From a virus (Duplodnaviria > Heunggongvirae > Uroviricota > Caudoviricetes), in IMG/VR virus record IMGVR_UViG_3300032116_000094, positions 1-64,000 of that record: DNA of 64,000 nt; one strand, 5' to 3'. This document shows, piece by piece, positions 25,308-34,871 of the stretch. The translations under genes were made by a program, and so were the position numbers. The notes under the pieces were generated by a model. The model was not told the DNA's origin. It made no database searches and worked only from the letters and a program-made list of their open reading frames with translations. Within the stretch, counting starts at the first letter, position 1. Every line of letters begins with the position of its first letter.

Positions 25308-26006
25308 TCAATGACGAAAAGAAGTTTTCTTGTCAAAACCGTGAGAAGTCAATTTCTCAACATCCGTTCTTTGATCAATAACTGCGATATCTTGCCGTTC
25401 AAGTAGCCAATTCGTGATTTTCAAGTACATTTCTTCAGCCGGAATGATGCTACTTATCTTCCAGTCAGATAAAACTGGATTTTTAAATGCACCACGATTA
25501 TTAGCAATAACAACAGGGCAATCCATAATGTTGTTCCAGTCCCTATACATCGAATGGTATTTTGGATTTTTGTTAGCACTGTTGAAATTATTGATGAATA
25601 TTTGTTTATATTCATCAAATGTTACCGGCTCAGTTAACACATACTCACGACTGAATATCTTATCCGATTTACTCGCTCTAAGGATAAGGCTAACAATCTT
25701 TCTAGAAGTGTTAGGTACGTAATAATATGTCCTTTTATTATTGTAGGTAATCTTTTGCTCATTGCATAAGTCAATGATATCTTCACCCATCAATAGTTTC
25801 TTATTGTTAACATCAACCAGAACATCAATAACAAGCCCGCAGATAAAGAATCTGTTCAACAGTAGATCTGTGACAAACATATTAATACCTCTATTCACAA
25901 ATTTAAATTCATACTCACAGTTCCTTTCATATCTAACAAGAGGATCTTCCCCCATGAAAGCCTTGCAGTAGTCGTAGTAGTCTTTATATTTAGAGTCGAT
26001 TATCAT
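25308..26006 (-). CDS. Hypothetical protein (232 aa)
   Basis: ORF. Promoter TTTG..TAccTTTG at ~26020-26060. Confidence 0.55.
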   Translation of the reverse strand: MIIDSKYKDYYDYCKAFMGEDPLVRYERNCEYEFKFVNRGINMFVTDLLLNRFFICGLVIDVLVDVNNKKLLMGEDIIDLCNEQKITYNNKRTYYYVPNTSRKIVSLILRASKSDKIFSREYVLTEPVTFDEYKQIFINNFNSANKNPKYHSMYRDWNNIMDCPVVIANNRGAFKNPVLSDWKISSIIPAEEMYLKITNWLLERQDIAVIDQRTDVEKLTSHGFDKKTSFRH

Positions 26007-26194
26007 GATCAGTTGTTTTAGACCACAAAGGTAAGACTAGTTTTTCAAATTACCAAAAAGAAAATAACAAAAAAATACTGCGACGGCACAAAATGCAAAA
26101 AATCCAAGAATTGCATACATAATCCACCAAAAGATGTCATATAGTTTTTGCATAAAATTTTTGTTCAACCAATTTTCCAACATAATATATTTTT

Positions 26195-26425
26195 TTAGTT
26201 TTCTTCAAAAAATTCAGCGATTAGATTCCCGGTATGATTACGAAAAACATTTGTCCCGTCAGAGTCAAACATAATGATCTTACCACTATCAGTTGCAAAC
26301 TCACAATAAATAGAATCCATTTTACCCTCTGAGTTCCAGCAAAGGCTGGTCACATTCTTAATACCGAAAGAGTTACCATGAATGTCTTTAACGATTACTT
26401 TTGGTTGCCTTTTAAATTTATTCAT
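26195..26425 (-). CDS. Hypothetical protein (76 aa)
   Basis: ORF. Confidence 0.45.
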   Translation of the reverse strand: MNKFKRQPKVIVKDIHGNSFGIKNVTSLCWNSEGKMDSIYCEFATDSGKIIMFDSDGTNVFRNHTGNLIAEFFEEN

Positions 26426-26436
26426 ACATTTAAATA

Positions 26437-26799
26437 TTAGATAATCACAATCTTATTATGGTAATTCGCATCATTGATAATATCATTAATCATACCCCAA
26501 ATAAACTCTTTAGTCAGATCTTCACCAAAGAACAAGATAGCTTCACAAGTGGCATGTCTGAGAAATAGTTTAAGTATACCTTTGTGTTCGAGATTAAGAT
26601 TATAGTATAACAACAAATCACACCCGATATATCCGGCAGGAACTTCATCCGTTGGTTCCTGCCGATACATTCCACTAACTATTTCTGCACCAACATTATA
26701 TGGAGATGCCTTAATAACACATATAACTTCTTTGATTTGTTCGCTTATATTTGGCGGTATTTCATTCTGAGTGTTAATTGTTAAAGTACTAATTACCAT
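26437..26799 (-). CDS. Hypothetical protein (~120 aa)
   Basis: ORF 26437..26847 trimmed to the internal ATG at 26799 to avoid a long overlap with 26789..26974. Confidence 0.45.
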   Translation of the reverse strand: MVISTLTINTQNEIPPNISEQIKEVICVIKASPYNVGAEIVSGMYRQEPTDEVPAGYIGCDLLLYYNLNLEHKGILKLFLRHATCEAILFFGEDLTKEFIWGMINDIINDANYHNKIVII

Positions 26800-26974
26800 G
26801 TTTAAGAAAGGCTGCCCAAAAAAGATAAATAAATGCCGTGACCGCAATAGAAATACCGCAACTAAGCATTACATGAAAAATAGTTTTGAAATGAAAGCTA
26901 AGAAATATTCCTAAAGTTAGTGCTAAAAAAACTGAAGGAAACAACCAAGGGTGCTGTTTATTTTTATTTTTCAT
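26789..26974 (-). CDS. Small membrane protein (61 aa)
   Basis: ORF. Hydrophobic. Confidence 0.35.
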   Translation of the reverse strand: MKNKNKQHPWLFPSVFLALTLGIFLSFHFKTIFHVMLSCGISIAVTAFIYLFWAAFLKHGN

Positions 26975-27015
26975 GTTGTTATGTTTTTTTAATTGTTTCT
27001 AGTTTGTCAGAAATA

Positions 27016-27555
27016 TTAATCAATATTATCCGCAAAGTCCATTTCAGTTTCTTTATATGGAGGAGTAGAATGAACAGGTAAGCCCATACCAGTAAATAAC
27101 TCATTACTCATGAGTTTATTATAAAGGTTTGGTGACATGGCTCCAGAAGGCTTTAAAGTTAAAAGAAACTTTATCCTAGTTAACTTTATCTTGTTCGCCA
27201 TTGTATTAACTATATAGTCATTTGATTCTTTGTATCTAATAGACTTTTCGATATTATCATTTAATACGTCTAGAAATTGTACATCTTTAACGTAAAAAGT
27301 ATTCTTACTTAAGCCACGTCCACGTGCTCCCGTAACAGCGTTAGCATCTTCTTTATTACAAAAAGCAATAATTTTTTTACCATTAGTTAGTTCATAAAGT
27401 AATCTATAACCTGTTAATTCATACATATTACCATCATGTATGAAATACGATCTACCTAAAATAACATCTTTTAAAGCTTCACGATCAGAATTCTCGTTAA
27501 TCACCTTTCTAATTAAATGTGTTAGTTCTGACTCTGTTAATCTTATCTTTTTCAT
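27016..27555 (-). CDS. RLTE N-module protein (179 aa)
   Basis: ORF. MKKIRLTESELTHLIRKVINEN. Promoter TTTG..TAccTTTG at ~27607-27650. Confidence 0.6.
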   Translation of the reverse strand: MKKIRLTESELTHLIRKVINENSDREALKDVILGRSYFIHDGNMYELTGYRLLYELTNGKKIIAFCNKEDANAVTGARGRGLSKNTFYVKDVQFLDVLNDNIEKSIRYKESNDYIVNTMANKIKLTRIKFLLTLKPSGAMSPNLYNKLMSNELFTGMGLPVHSTPPYKETEMDFADNID

Positions 27556-27646
27556 TTACAATTTTTTAATTATAAATATCATAAAGATGATGTTTTATTT
27601 CAGGCTACAAAGGTAAAATGTTTATACTAAACCAACAAATATTTTT

Positions 27647-27856
27647 TCAAAAAGATAGCACCATATTTTTAAAGTCATTACAAGCATTAAATCCTCTAAC
27701 ATACTCAGCGCGCATTTTTTCGTATATTAGCAGCTTATTTAGCTCAAACCATTCTTCAAATGGCATTTCATTATTTTTGCCGGCATTGTAAGCGTCCTCA
27801 AATTCATAAATAATCGTACTGTGATCAGAAAAAAATAAATCGATAGCGTCTTTCAT
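27647..27856 (-). CDS. Hypothetical protein (69 aa)
   Basis: ORF. Confidence 0.45.
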   Translation of the reverse strand: MKDAIDLFFSDHSTIIYEFEDAYNAGKNNEMPFEEWFELNKLLIYEKMRAEYVRGFNACNDFKNMVLSF

Positions 27857-27936
27857 AATAATGTATATTTTTTTGCTAAATAATATAAAATTACCACCAA
27901 CAGTTCAAGATATTTAAGTATTAATTTATATTTATC

Positions 27937-28503
27937 ATGTATACAAATAAAAAATATAAAAGTATGATAAGAACAATATCTAGCAGTTATTTGTCTAATT
28001 TTTCAACTACACCTATCAGATATGGTAGTTATGATCCTAAAACCCCTCAATATTATGACAATTATTGTGTGTATATTACCATTGATACCTGGAGTAATTT
28101 TATTACAACATTAGAAAATATGGATATCTTGAACAAGGATAGGTTTATTTTTCCAGATAAAGTATCCATACTTAATACTGTTCCATCTTACAAGAGTAAG
28201 TATAGGTCCGAATATTTGATCCCAGATAAATTTCAATTTAATTATAATTTAACTTTACATGATTTTGGCTTAGTACAATTACATAAAAACATGGAAGCAG
28301 GCACTATTACTATGTTTAATACATACCCAATAAGTATTCCAAATAATCTATATAACGCAAGTTATATTAAAATAATTGATGATATCAATGATGGCGATAT
28401 GGAATTTTATTATGAATCTTATTTAAAAAAACGATCAGATGTCTTTAATTATAAGTTTGACAACACTATGGGAAATAAATTGACGCTTATAACAAAAAAA
28501 TAA
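27937..28503 (+). CDS. Array-C paralog, subfamily a (188 aa)
   Basis: ORF. ..TWSNF..NLTLHDFGLVQL..PNNLYNAS shared with 28619, 29155, 29723. Confidence 0.6.
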   Translation: MYTNKKYKSMIRTISSSYLSNFSTTPIRYGSYDPKTPQYYDNYCVYITIDTWSNFITTLENMDILNKDRFIFPDKVSILNTVPSYKSKYRSEYLIPDKFQFNYNLTLHDFGLVQLHKNMEAGTITMFNTYPISIPNNLYNASYIKIIDDINDGDMEFYYESYLKKRSDVFNYKFDNTMGNKLTLITKK

Positions 28504-28618
28504 TATATGAATATATCGAAATTTAATGAATTTTATAACGAAGTTGTATTGTCGCGTGAATCAAATTTTATATTTGAAAAAGACAAGATTAATATTTTAT
28601 TAAAGCCAAAATAAAAGT

Positions 28619-29158
28619 ATGATAAAAATAACTAATTTAGAATTATTTAAGGGATTTTCCACTATACCTAGAACACAACGTAATGATCCGGAAGCTTTTT
28701 TTAGTAAAAAACATGCTGATATTTACATAAATACCTGGCTAAACTTTAATTCATATATTACACTTGCTAAACAGTACGGAGAACAGATGGGTAATGCTGA
28801 GATATATGGTCATCTAGAAATTTTTGGCGACGAGGATAGATATAGTAGAAAATACTTAAGAAGTAAAATATTTGCTGACAATTTATATATCGAACAATTA
28901 ACGTTAAAAAATTTAGGTTATATAAAATTACCTGAAAATTTTGTATCAGGTAGTATTTCATGCCAAAAAACGTTCTTAATTGATATGCCTAATAACTTGT
29001 ATAATGCTAGTAGAGTGCATTACTCTGGTACTCCAGAAGAAGAGGATGCGTTTCTGAAATATTATGAAGGTAATCTTAAAAAATTAGAAAATAAATTTAA
29101 CGTAAAAAAAGACTTAAGGCTTTTTCCTACAATTGATATTACAAATAAATTTTTATGA
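28619..29158 (+). CDS. Array-C paralog, subfamily a (179 aa)
   Basis: ORF. ..NTWLNFNSY..LTLKNLGYIKLPENF..DMPNNLYNAS. Confidence 0.6.
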   Translation: MIKITNLELFKGFSTIPRTQRNDPEAFFSKKHADIYINTWLNFNSYITLAKQYGEQMGNAEIYGHLEIFGDEDRYSRKYLRSKIFADNLYIEQLTLKNLGYIKLPENFVSGSISCQKTFLIDMPNNLYNASRVHYSGTPEEEDAFLKYYEGNLKKLENKFNVKKDLRLFPTIDITNKFL

Positions 29159-29721
29159 ATATAATAAATAAAAGTGATTTAGAATCTTTTATTCTAAATA
29201 ATGACGAACGTATAGAATATACTACAAATTTATGGCCATTATCTTACGCTGATGATAATATCATATATGTACCAATTAATATATGGTTAAGATATGTTAG
29301 TCATATCAATCGAATAATGATTTCTGATCCTAGCCTTCGTTTTTCAGTTGAAATACCTGAGCTAGATGCTCTCTATATACAGAATAACAATGAAAGAGGA
29401 CCTGGGTCTCTCGATATATCCTCAAATGAAGTCATAATGCCCGATCAATTTACAGTCAATTGTGATGTTTATTTATCAGATTTAGGTGATATTTCAATTC
29501 CTGATAATTTTATTATTAAAAATAAAACAATAGCCTGTGGTGATACACGTCTTAGGGAAATACCATTACATTTATTCGGTGCAGAAGTAATAAGTTTTTC
29601 ATGTGGTTTGCATACAACAGAAAATCTTAAAAACTATTACGACTCAACATTATTACCGCTTAAAAAATCATTAAACATCACGATAGAAAGTAAGTATAGG
29701 GTCACAGTTAAAAAAAGATAA
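29155..29721 (+). CDS. Array-C paralog, subfamily a (188 aa)
   Basis: ORF. ATGA overlap with previous gene. ..INIWLRYVSHIN..SDLGDISIPDNF. Confidence 0.6.
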   Translation: MNIINKSDLESFILNNDERIEYTTNLWPLSYADDNIIYVPINIWLRYVSHINRIMISDPSLRFSVEIPELDALYIQNNNERGPGSLDISSNEVIMPDQFTVNCDVYLSDLGDISIPDNFIIKNKTIACGDTRLREIPLHLFGAEVISFSCGLHTTENLKNYYDSTLLPLKKSLNITIESKYRVTVKKR

Positions 29722-29722
29722 A

Positions 29723-30235
29723 ATGAATATACCAGACTTTACATTATTTAAAACTTCTAATAACGAAACTGTTGATTGTTATTTTAGTTATCTGGACATA
29801 GATATTGAGGTATGGTTACGAATATGTAACTATATTAACGCTATTAGTACTGTCTCAAGTTTTACGGATGAGCCTTTCGACTATCATTTAAATATTACCT
29901 GCAAAAAATCTTTATATGAATATAAAGATACAGATATACTTCCAGATAATTTTAAATTATCACACAAGAAAAATTTGACTTTAGATAATTTTGGTTACAT
30001 CAAATTGCCCCAGTCTTTTAATATGTTTCATGGCACTATTATTCTTAATAATACTTATTTATTAGATTTACACGAACACTTATATTTCAGCAAATTTATA
30101 TATTTCAAGGCTGATACTGATGACTACATTAATGAATTAAGTAAATATAAGGACGAATATTTAATTCCTGCATCAAAAAAACTTAATTTTAAAATTACAT
30201 TATATGATGAGAGAACAGTTATTATTCAATGTTAA
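29723..30235 (+). CDS. Array-C paralog, subfamily a (170 aa)
   Basis: ORF. ..EVWLRICNYIN..LTLDNFGYIKLPQSF. Confidence 0.6.
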   Translation: MNIPDFTLFKTSNNETVDCYFSYLDIDIEVWLRICNYINAISTVSSFTDEPFDYHLNITCKKSLYEYKDTDILPDNFKLSHKKNLTLDNFGYIKLPQSFNMFHGTIILNNTYLLDLHEHLYFSKFIYFKADTDDYINELSKYKDEYLIPASKKLNFKITLYDERTVIIQC

Positions 30236-30256
30236 AAAAATGGCTAGCTGTGATTG

Positions 30257-30535
30257 CTAGCCATTTAAAATTGATAACTCTTTTATCTGATAAAAATTAT
30301 GTGTTATGTTAATTTCATCTGAGAGCTCAGACATAACCTCTATAGTAACATAAAAAACACCATCTAAGTAATAAGATTCGTCAAAAATTTGCATTTCAAC
30401 GACCTCATCATTATTAAATAAAAGTAAAGAGTCTGGATTAATCTTAATCGAAGAAACCTCAAAAACAATATCGGCTAACTTATCTTGTGTTGCCCAGGAA
30501 GGATGATGACGTCCATTTGAAAATTTAATTATCAT
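30257..30535 (-). CDS. Hypothetical protein (92 aa)
   Basis: ORF. Confidence 0.5.
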   Translation of the reverse strand: MIIKFSNGRHHPSWATQDKLADIVFEVSSIKINPDSLLLFNNDEVVEMQIFDESYYLDGVFYVTIEVMSELSDEINITHNFYQIKELSILNG

Positions 30536-30873
30536 AGTCTGTTTTTATTTTTCTTTTTTTTCTTATATCCGTCACCAAAATGTGACGAGTAAATTTCAGC
30601 AATATTTGAGATAATATGTTTGTGACTGTCTTTCATAGATGTCTCAAAATTCTTTTTCTCCACTGCTTTACCAACAACCTTGTTGTTTTTTATTTTAACC
30701 AAAATAAGCTTATCTTTGAACGGATCACTTTGTACGATTAAATAATGATCTTCATCAACCAAATATTTACTTTGGATAAACTTTCCTTTAAGATCCTCTT
30801 GTTCAACTGATTGTGAAATGGCGACAAAGCCATTATTACTTGATTTCCTGAAAATATTTTTAAATGCTAACAT
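30532..30873 (-). CDS. Hypothetical protein (113 aa)
   Basis: ORF. TAtcTTTG at ~30897-30904. Confidence 0.5.
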   Translation of the reverse strand: MLAFKNIFRKSSNNGFVAISQSVEQEDLKGKFIQSKYLVDEDHYLIVQSDPFKDKLILVKIKNNKVVGKAVEKKNFETSMKDSHKHIISNIAEIYSSHFGDGYKKKKKNKNRL

Positions 30874-31078
30874 ATCTTATATTTTTTTGTCCAACAAAGA
30901 TACGTGATTTCATTTTATATTTCAAAGAAAATTTATTTTTTTTTATTTAAACAAAGTTATGATATTGAGGTTATACATAATGAACGGTAGTGAATGACGT
31001 ATAACCGATAAATCATAACTAAAGCAATGTTTATAATACGATTTAATATATTTATGAAAGATAGAAAAACTATTAAAT

Positions 31079-31567
31079 ATGAATATTCTACCACAGATAG
31101 ACAACTTTAGAACTAAACCTAATTCTATTTTAGATGCTGAGCATACTATCACTCTTGATGATTGGTGTTTAGCATTAAATTATATGGAAACTATCGGGGG
31201 CAGTTTTACACATGACGGAATCATAAGGATTATGAAAGGTTCTGATCTTCCAAGTGATTCTATTTTAAATAAAAAATTGTTAATACCAAAAAATTTTACC
31301 TGTACAGAGAGAATCGTCCTTAGAAATTTAAAAATCGTAGAATTACCAGAAGATTTAACGATAACTGGGGTTGGGTTAATTCTTTTCGATACATTCTCTT
31401 TTTCAAAATTAGACTTAAATAAAATTAACTACATTTATATTGAAATATCAGGAGATCAACCAGATTACGATCTTGAAAAGATAGATAATTTTATTATGGA
31501 GCATTATGGCCCTAAGGCTGAAAAAGAATTCTTAGGAAGTTTGATTACATACACAATATTGTCATAG
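31079..31567 (+). CDS. Array-C paralog, subfamily b (162 aa)
   Basis: ORF. ..LALNYMETIGGSF.. shared YM..IGG.F motif with 32192, 32669, 33969. LRR-like LxxLxLxxLP segments. Confidence 0.55.
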   Translation: MNILPQIDNFRTKPNSILDAEHTITLDDWCLALNYMETIGGSFTHDGIIRIMKGSDLPSDSILNKKLLIPKNFTCTERIVLRNLKIVELPEDLTITGVGLILFDTFSFSKLDLNKINYIYIEISGDQPDYDLEKIDNFIMEHYGPKAEKEFLGSLITYTILS

Positions 31568-32137
31568 TATTTTATTCATAAATGACCGTATTGCTGATAT
31601 ATCCTCAAGAACAGGCTGACCGGATGCAAAATTTGGTATCTGATTAGATTGGTTGGGTAAGACAACTCTTGTACCGTCAACAAAATTTGAAGAGTCTTTA
31701 GGAAAAAATCTAGGAGCTTCTGAAGGAATGTTAGTCGTATTAGATACATGTATATGATTATAATGACCCTTAGTTTGCCACAATATAGCCTTAGGTATAT
31801 TATACTCTGACCCAGTATTTGTATATCCCATACTAACTAATGTTTTCACTAATAAATCACCCAATTCTTTAAATTCTTTAGGATTAGATCCCTGGCCAAT
31901 ACCATTAAGCCTAGATATATCAACAGCCATACCCTTTCCATGTCTACTAAGCCTATTAGTACCTTTAACATACTTAGAGTGATTACTAACCGCTGATGTT
32001 ATAATAGCGACAAAATCATGTCTAATATGAGTTCTGATATAGTCACAAGCATTTTTTAAATCTGTAACCAATGCAGGATTTATCTTGTCATTACTTACAA
32101 CATTATCTAATTTTAAAGAATTACTAATATTTACCAT
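31562..32137 (-). CDS. Putative zinc peptidase, M15/LAS family (peptidoglycan peptidase-like)
   Basis: ORF 191 aa. SRHGKGMAVDIS (SxHxxGxAxD) and HYNHIHVS (HxH) motifs. Confidence 0.5.
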   Translation of the reverse strand: MVNISNSLKLDNVVSNDKINPALVTDLKNACDYIRTHIRHDFVAIITSAVSNHSKYVKGTNRLSRHGKGMAVDISRLNGIGQGSNPKEFKELGDLLVKTLVSMGYTNTGSEYNIPKAILWQTKGHYNHIHVSNTTNIPSEAPRFFPKDSSNFVDGTRVVLPNQSNQIPNFASGQPVLEDISAIRSFMNKIL

Positions 32138-32191
32138 TAACTTTGTATTTATTAGTATAAATATCTCAAATTAGTAAAAAATAAACATGAT

Positions 32192-32665
32192 ATGGAATTT
32201 ATAACATTACCAGAATATAAATGTTTTTCAACTCAAAGTGATAAAAATTGCGATATATGGCAAAGAATGCTTGATTATATGCACGCCGTTGGCGGTAATT
32301 TCATTTATGACGGTTATGGTACCAGATTTGCTCCGGAATATTGTTTAAATATTGATAACGTATTATCTTCAGATTTAACAGAATTAAATTTTCCTGGGCA
32401 CATGATTATTAGGTCTCATGTTTTTGCTATTAAAGATGCCGGTAAATTACAACTGCCAGATAATACTACATTTGATGTAGATTTTTTGTATATTGAAAAT
32501 ACATTGGTTGTAAATATACCTGAAAATACTAAAGTTTTAGGTGAGATAGACTTTAACATGTCTCTTTTAGATGAAGAATACTTTACATACGACAAAGAAA
32601 ACCAAAAAATAATAACAGAAACGATTAACAATCTAAAAAAAATAGGCAAAGTAAATTTTATATAA
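32192..32665 (+). CDS. Array-C paralog, subfamily b (157 aa)
   Basis: ORF. ..MLDYMHAVGGNFIYDG. Confidence 0.55.
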   Translation: MEFITLPEYKCFSTQSDKNCDIWQRMLDYMHAVGGNFIYDGYGTRFAPEYCLNIDNVLSSDLTELNFPGHMIIRSHVFAIKDAGKLQLPDNTTFDVDFLYIENTLVVNIPENTKVLGEIDFNMSLLDEEYFTYDKENQKIITETINNLKKIGKVNFI

Positions 32666-32668
32666 AAA

Positions 32669-33100
32669 ATGGAGTTAATTTTACCTGATCTAGAATCATT
32701 TAAAACGGATGAAGAAGATTCACAATATTTAAACTTATTCAAATACATGAATAATATTGGTGGTATTTTTGTTGCAAAAACAGTTAATTTTGTAATAAAC
32801 CCCTGGAATTACGGTACAGAAACTGACCACTATAATTTATCTTTCCCTGGAACGCTAAAAGTACTTGGTAATGTAAAGTTTTATGATGCCGGGTTTATTA
32901 ATATAGGGTTTAAATTAGAAGTTTATGGTGATTTAATCGTTTCTGAAACAATATTTATTAATCCTGATATAAAAGTTATTAATGGACGTGTTAGGTATTT
33001 TATTAGTGCAGCAGATTGTAGGGCTAATGAATCTATTTGTCTAAAAAATGTAGATTATCTTTCTAAATTATCATCTGATTTTAGATATGAATTTGATTGA
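32669..33100 (+). CDS. Array-C paralog, subfamily b (143 aa)
   Basis: ORF. ..LFKYMNNIGGIFVAK. Confidence 0.55.
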   Translation: MELILPDLESFKTDEEDSQYLNLFKYMNNIGGIFVAKTVNFVINPWNYGTETDHYNLSFPGTLKVLGNVKFYDAGFINIGFKLEVYGDLIVSETIFINPDIKVINGRVRYFISAADCRANESICLKNVDYLSKLSSDFRYEFD

Positions 33101-33108
33101 AAAAATAT

Positions 33109-33139
33109 TTTGCGTTTTAATAAATTAGTTTTACCTTTG
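33109..33139 (+). promoter_or_regulatory. Bacteroidetes-type promoter for 33165..33899
   Basis: TTTG at 33109-33112. 19-nt spacer. TAccTTTG at 33132-33139. ~25 nt to ATG. Confidence 0.5.
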
Positions 33140-33164
33140 CGGTTCACAAATAAAAAAAACAACG

Positions 33165-33899
33165 ATGAAGTATATTGACGTCAAACAAAAACTGCAAGAT
33201 AAAGGTTTTAATCCAGAGTATGTACAAACTGGAGGTTATCTAGGTATCCTTTCATTTGTAAACCCTAATATTGAAGGTGAAATTATGGTTCATTTTGTTG
33301 ATCCAGAGGATGAAAATTCTATACCTGAAGAGATCGATTACATGGATAGTGAATTTCTTCATAATATCCCCGTAAAAGTTGTCACATTGCTTATCGATAA
33401 CCTAAATATCCCATACATGTCAGATGACATTCTTGACATTTATGGTGACAGGCACAATAACATTATTACTCTACTTAATGATGATATTGACAAGTACCTA
33501 GATACTTGCCTCAATATTGTTTGTGATCATGAGTATTTTTTGAATTTCATTGTTAGATATAACAATGAAGCTAACTCTTTCTTGATGAAAGTATTGAGCT
33601 TAAAAAATCAAATTGTTGCAGATGGACAATACAAGTTTTGTTTTTTCGCGACAAATGGTAATGAAAATAGTGTCTGCCCTTCAGTTGAAGCTCGATATTC
33701 CCTAGAACATGATACCTTCGTTCTATTTTTCACAATGGATACAATTTCATTTAAGAAAGAAGTCGGGATATCTGCTATAGGCGATCAATATATGTTTGAT
33801 ATTGATCATAATATTGAAGATATAAAAGAGACTTTTAACTCACAACTTGCTAATTGGCTTAGTCATAAAGAAACATGGCCTGATTATGTTTACGCATAA
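33165..33899 (+). CDS. Hypothetical acidic protein (244 aa)
   Basis: ORF. Confidence 0.55.
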   Translation: MKYIDVKQKLQDKGFNPEYVQTGGYLGILSFVNPNIEGEIMVHFVDPEDENSIPEEIDYMDSEFLHNIPVKVVTLLIDNLNIPYMSDDILDIYGDRHNNIITLLNDDIDKYLDTCLNIVCDHEYFLNFIVRYNNEANSFLMKVLSLKNQIVADGQYKFCFFATNGNENSVCPSVEARYSLEHDTFVLFFTMDTISFKKEVGISAIGDQYMFDIDHNIEDIKETFNSQLANWLSHKETWPDYVYA

Positions 33900-33968
33900 T
33901 CAGGTTTTTTATTATTTTTATACCATGTTCGGATATTTATAAAAATAATACTAAGAAAATTTATTTTT

Positions 33969-34433
33969 ATGATACATAGACTACCCTCACTAAGATATTT
34001 TTTATATGATGATGATGGGCCTGGACATGAAAACTCAACTATAAGCTACGCTAGATCTGAATATAACAAAGCTCTGCCTTTAGCTGTTGAATACATGGAT
34101 AACATAGGCGGTAAGTTTGAAACAAAAGAAAATATCGGGATATATAAGAAAAAAATTAACACAGGAAGATTGTACTCTGTCCATAGCTTATATTTAGGAA
34201 TAAATGCTGAGCAAGACTCGTTTCCTAATATAGAAATTGTTAATAAGTATATCATAATCGATATAAACGGCAATATTAAACATTTAAATAATATTACTCA
34301 TTGTGAGCAAATTATATGCAATAATGTTATATTGTTAGATATAACAGATAATTGGTCCGAAACAAACTCAAACTATCCTTTTAAATATGAAATAAACGGA
34401 AAAATTGTCAATTGCAAAAAAGCTATTAAGTAA
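33969..34433 (+). CDS. Array-C paralog, subfamily b (154 aa)
   Basis: ORF. ..AVEYMDNIGGKFETK. Confidence 0.55.
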   Translation: MIHRLPSLRYFLYDDDGPGHENSTISYARSEYNKALPLAVEYMDNIGGKFETKENIGIYKKKINTGRLYSVHSLYLGINAEQDSFPNIEIVNKYIIIDINGNIKHLNNITHCEQIICNNVILLDITDNWSETNSNYPFKYEINGKIVNCKKAIK

Positions 34434-34499
34434 TAGCCCCCCTGATGTTCTTATATATAAAATGGACGCAGATTAGTTTCTGCGTCCATTGTTTTTTTA

Positions 34500-34859
34500 C
34501 TATGAATATTTTTTAAGTATTTCATTAAAAAAATCAGAAGATATACTTTTTAGGCTACACTCCTCATACTCCGGCATACAAGATATTTCTAAAACAGTTT
34601 TACCTTTATATTTCAGCATGACCAATGTTTCATCTTCACTGTTTTTCAGATTTGATCTAATGTCAAGATCTAAATTTGTTTTCAAATCATCAAAGCATTC
34701 ATCTTTATCACAGATTTTTTCTGTTATGTCATCTATTAAACCCACAGAGTTGTCTGGATACCCTAAATGATCAACGTATTCTTTTATAAATTTAACTAAT
34801 TCAACATTTTTAGCTTCAATCTTCCTTTCTTGAAATAACTCAACCAATAAATTTTTCAT
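34500..34859 (-). CDS. Hypothetical acidic protein (119 aa)
   Basis: ORF. Confidence 0.5.
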   Translation of the reverse strand: MKNLLVELFQERKIEAKNVELVKFIKEYVDHLGYPDNSVGLIDDITEKICDKDECFDDLKTNLDLDIRSNLKNSEDETLVMLKYKGKTVLEISCMPEYEECSLKSISSDFFNEILKKYS

Positions 34860-34871
34860 AATATTTTATTT

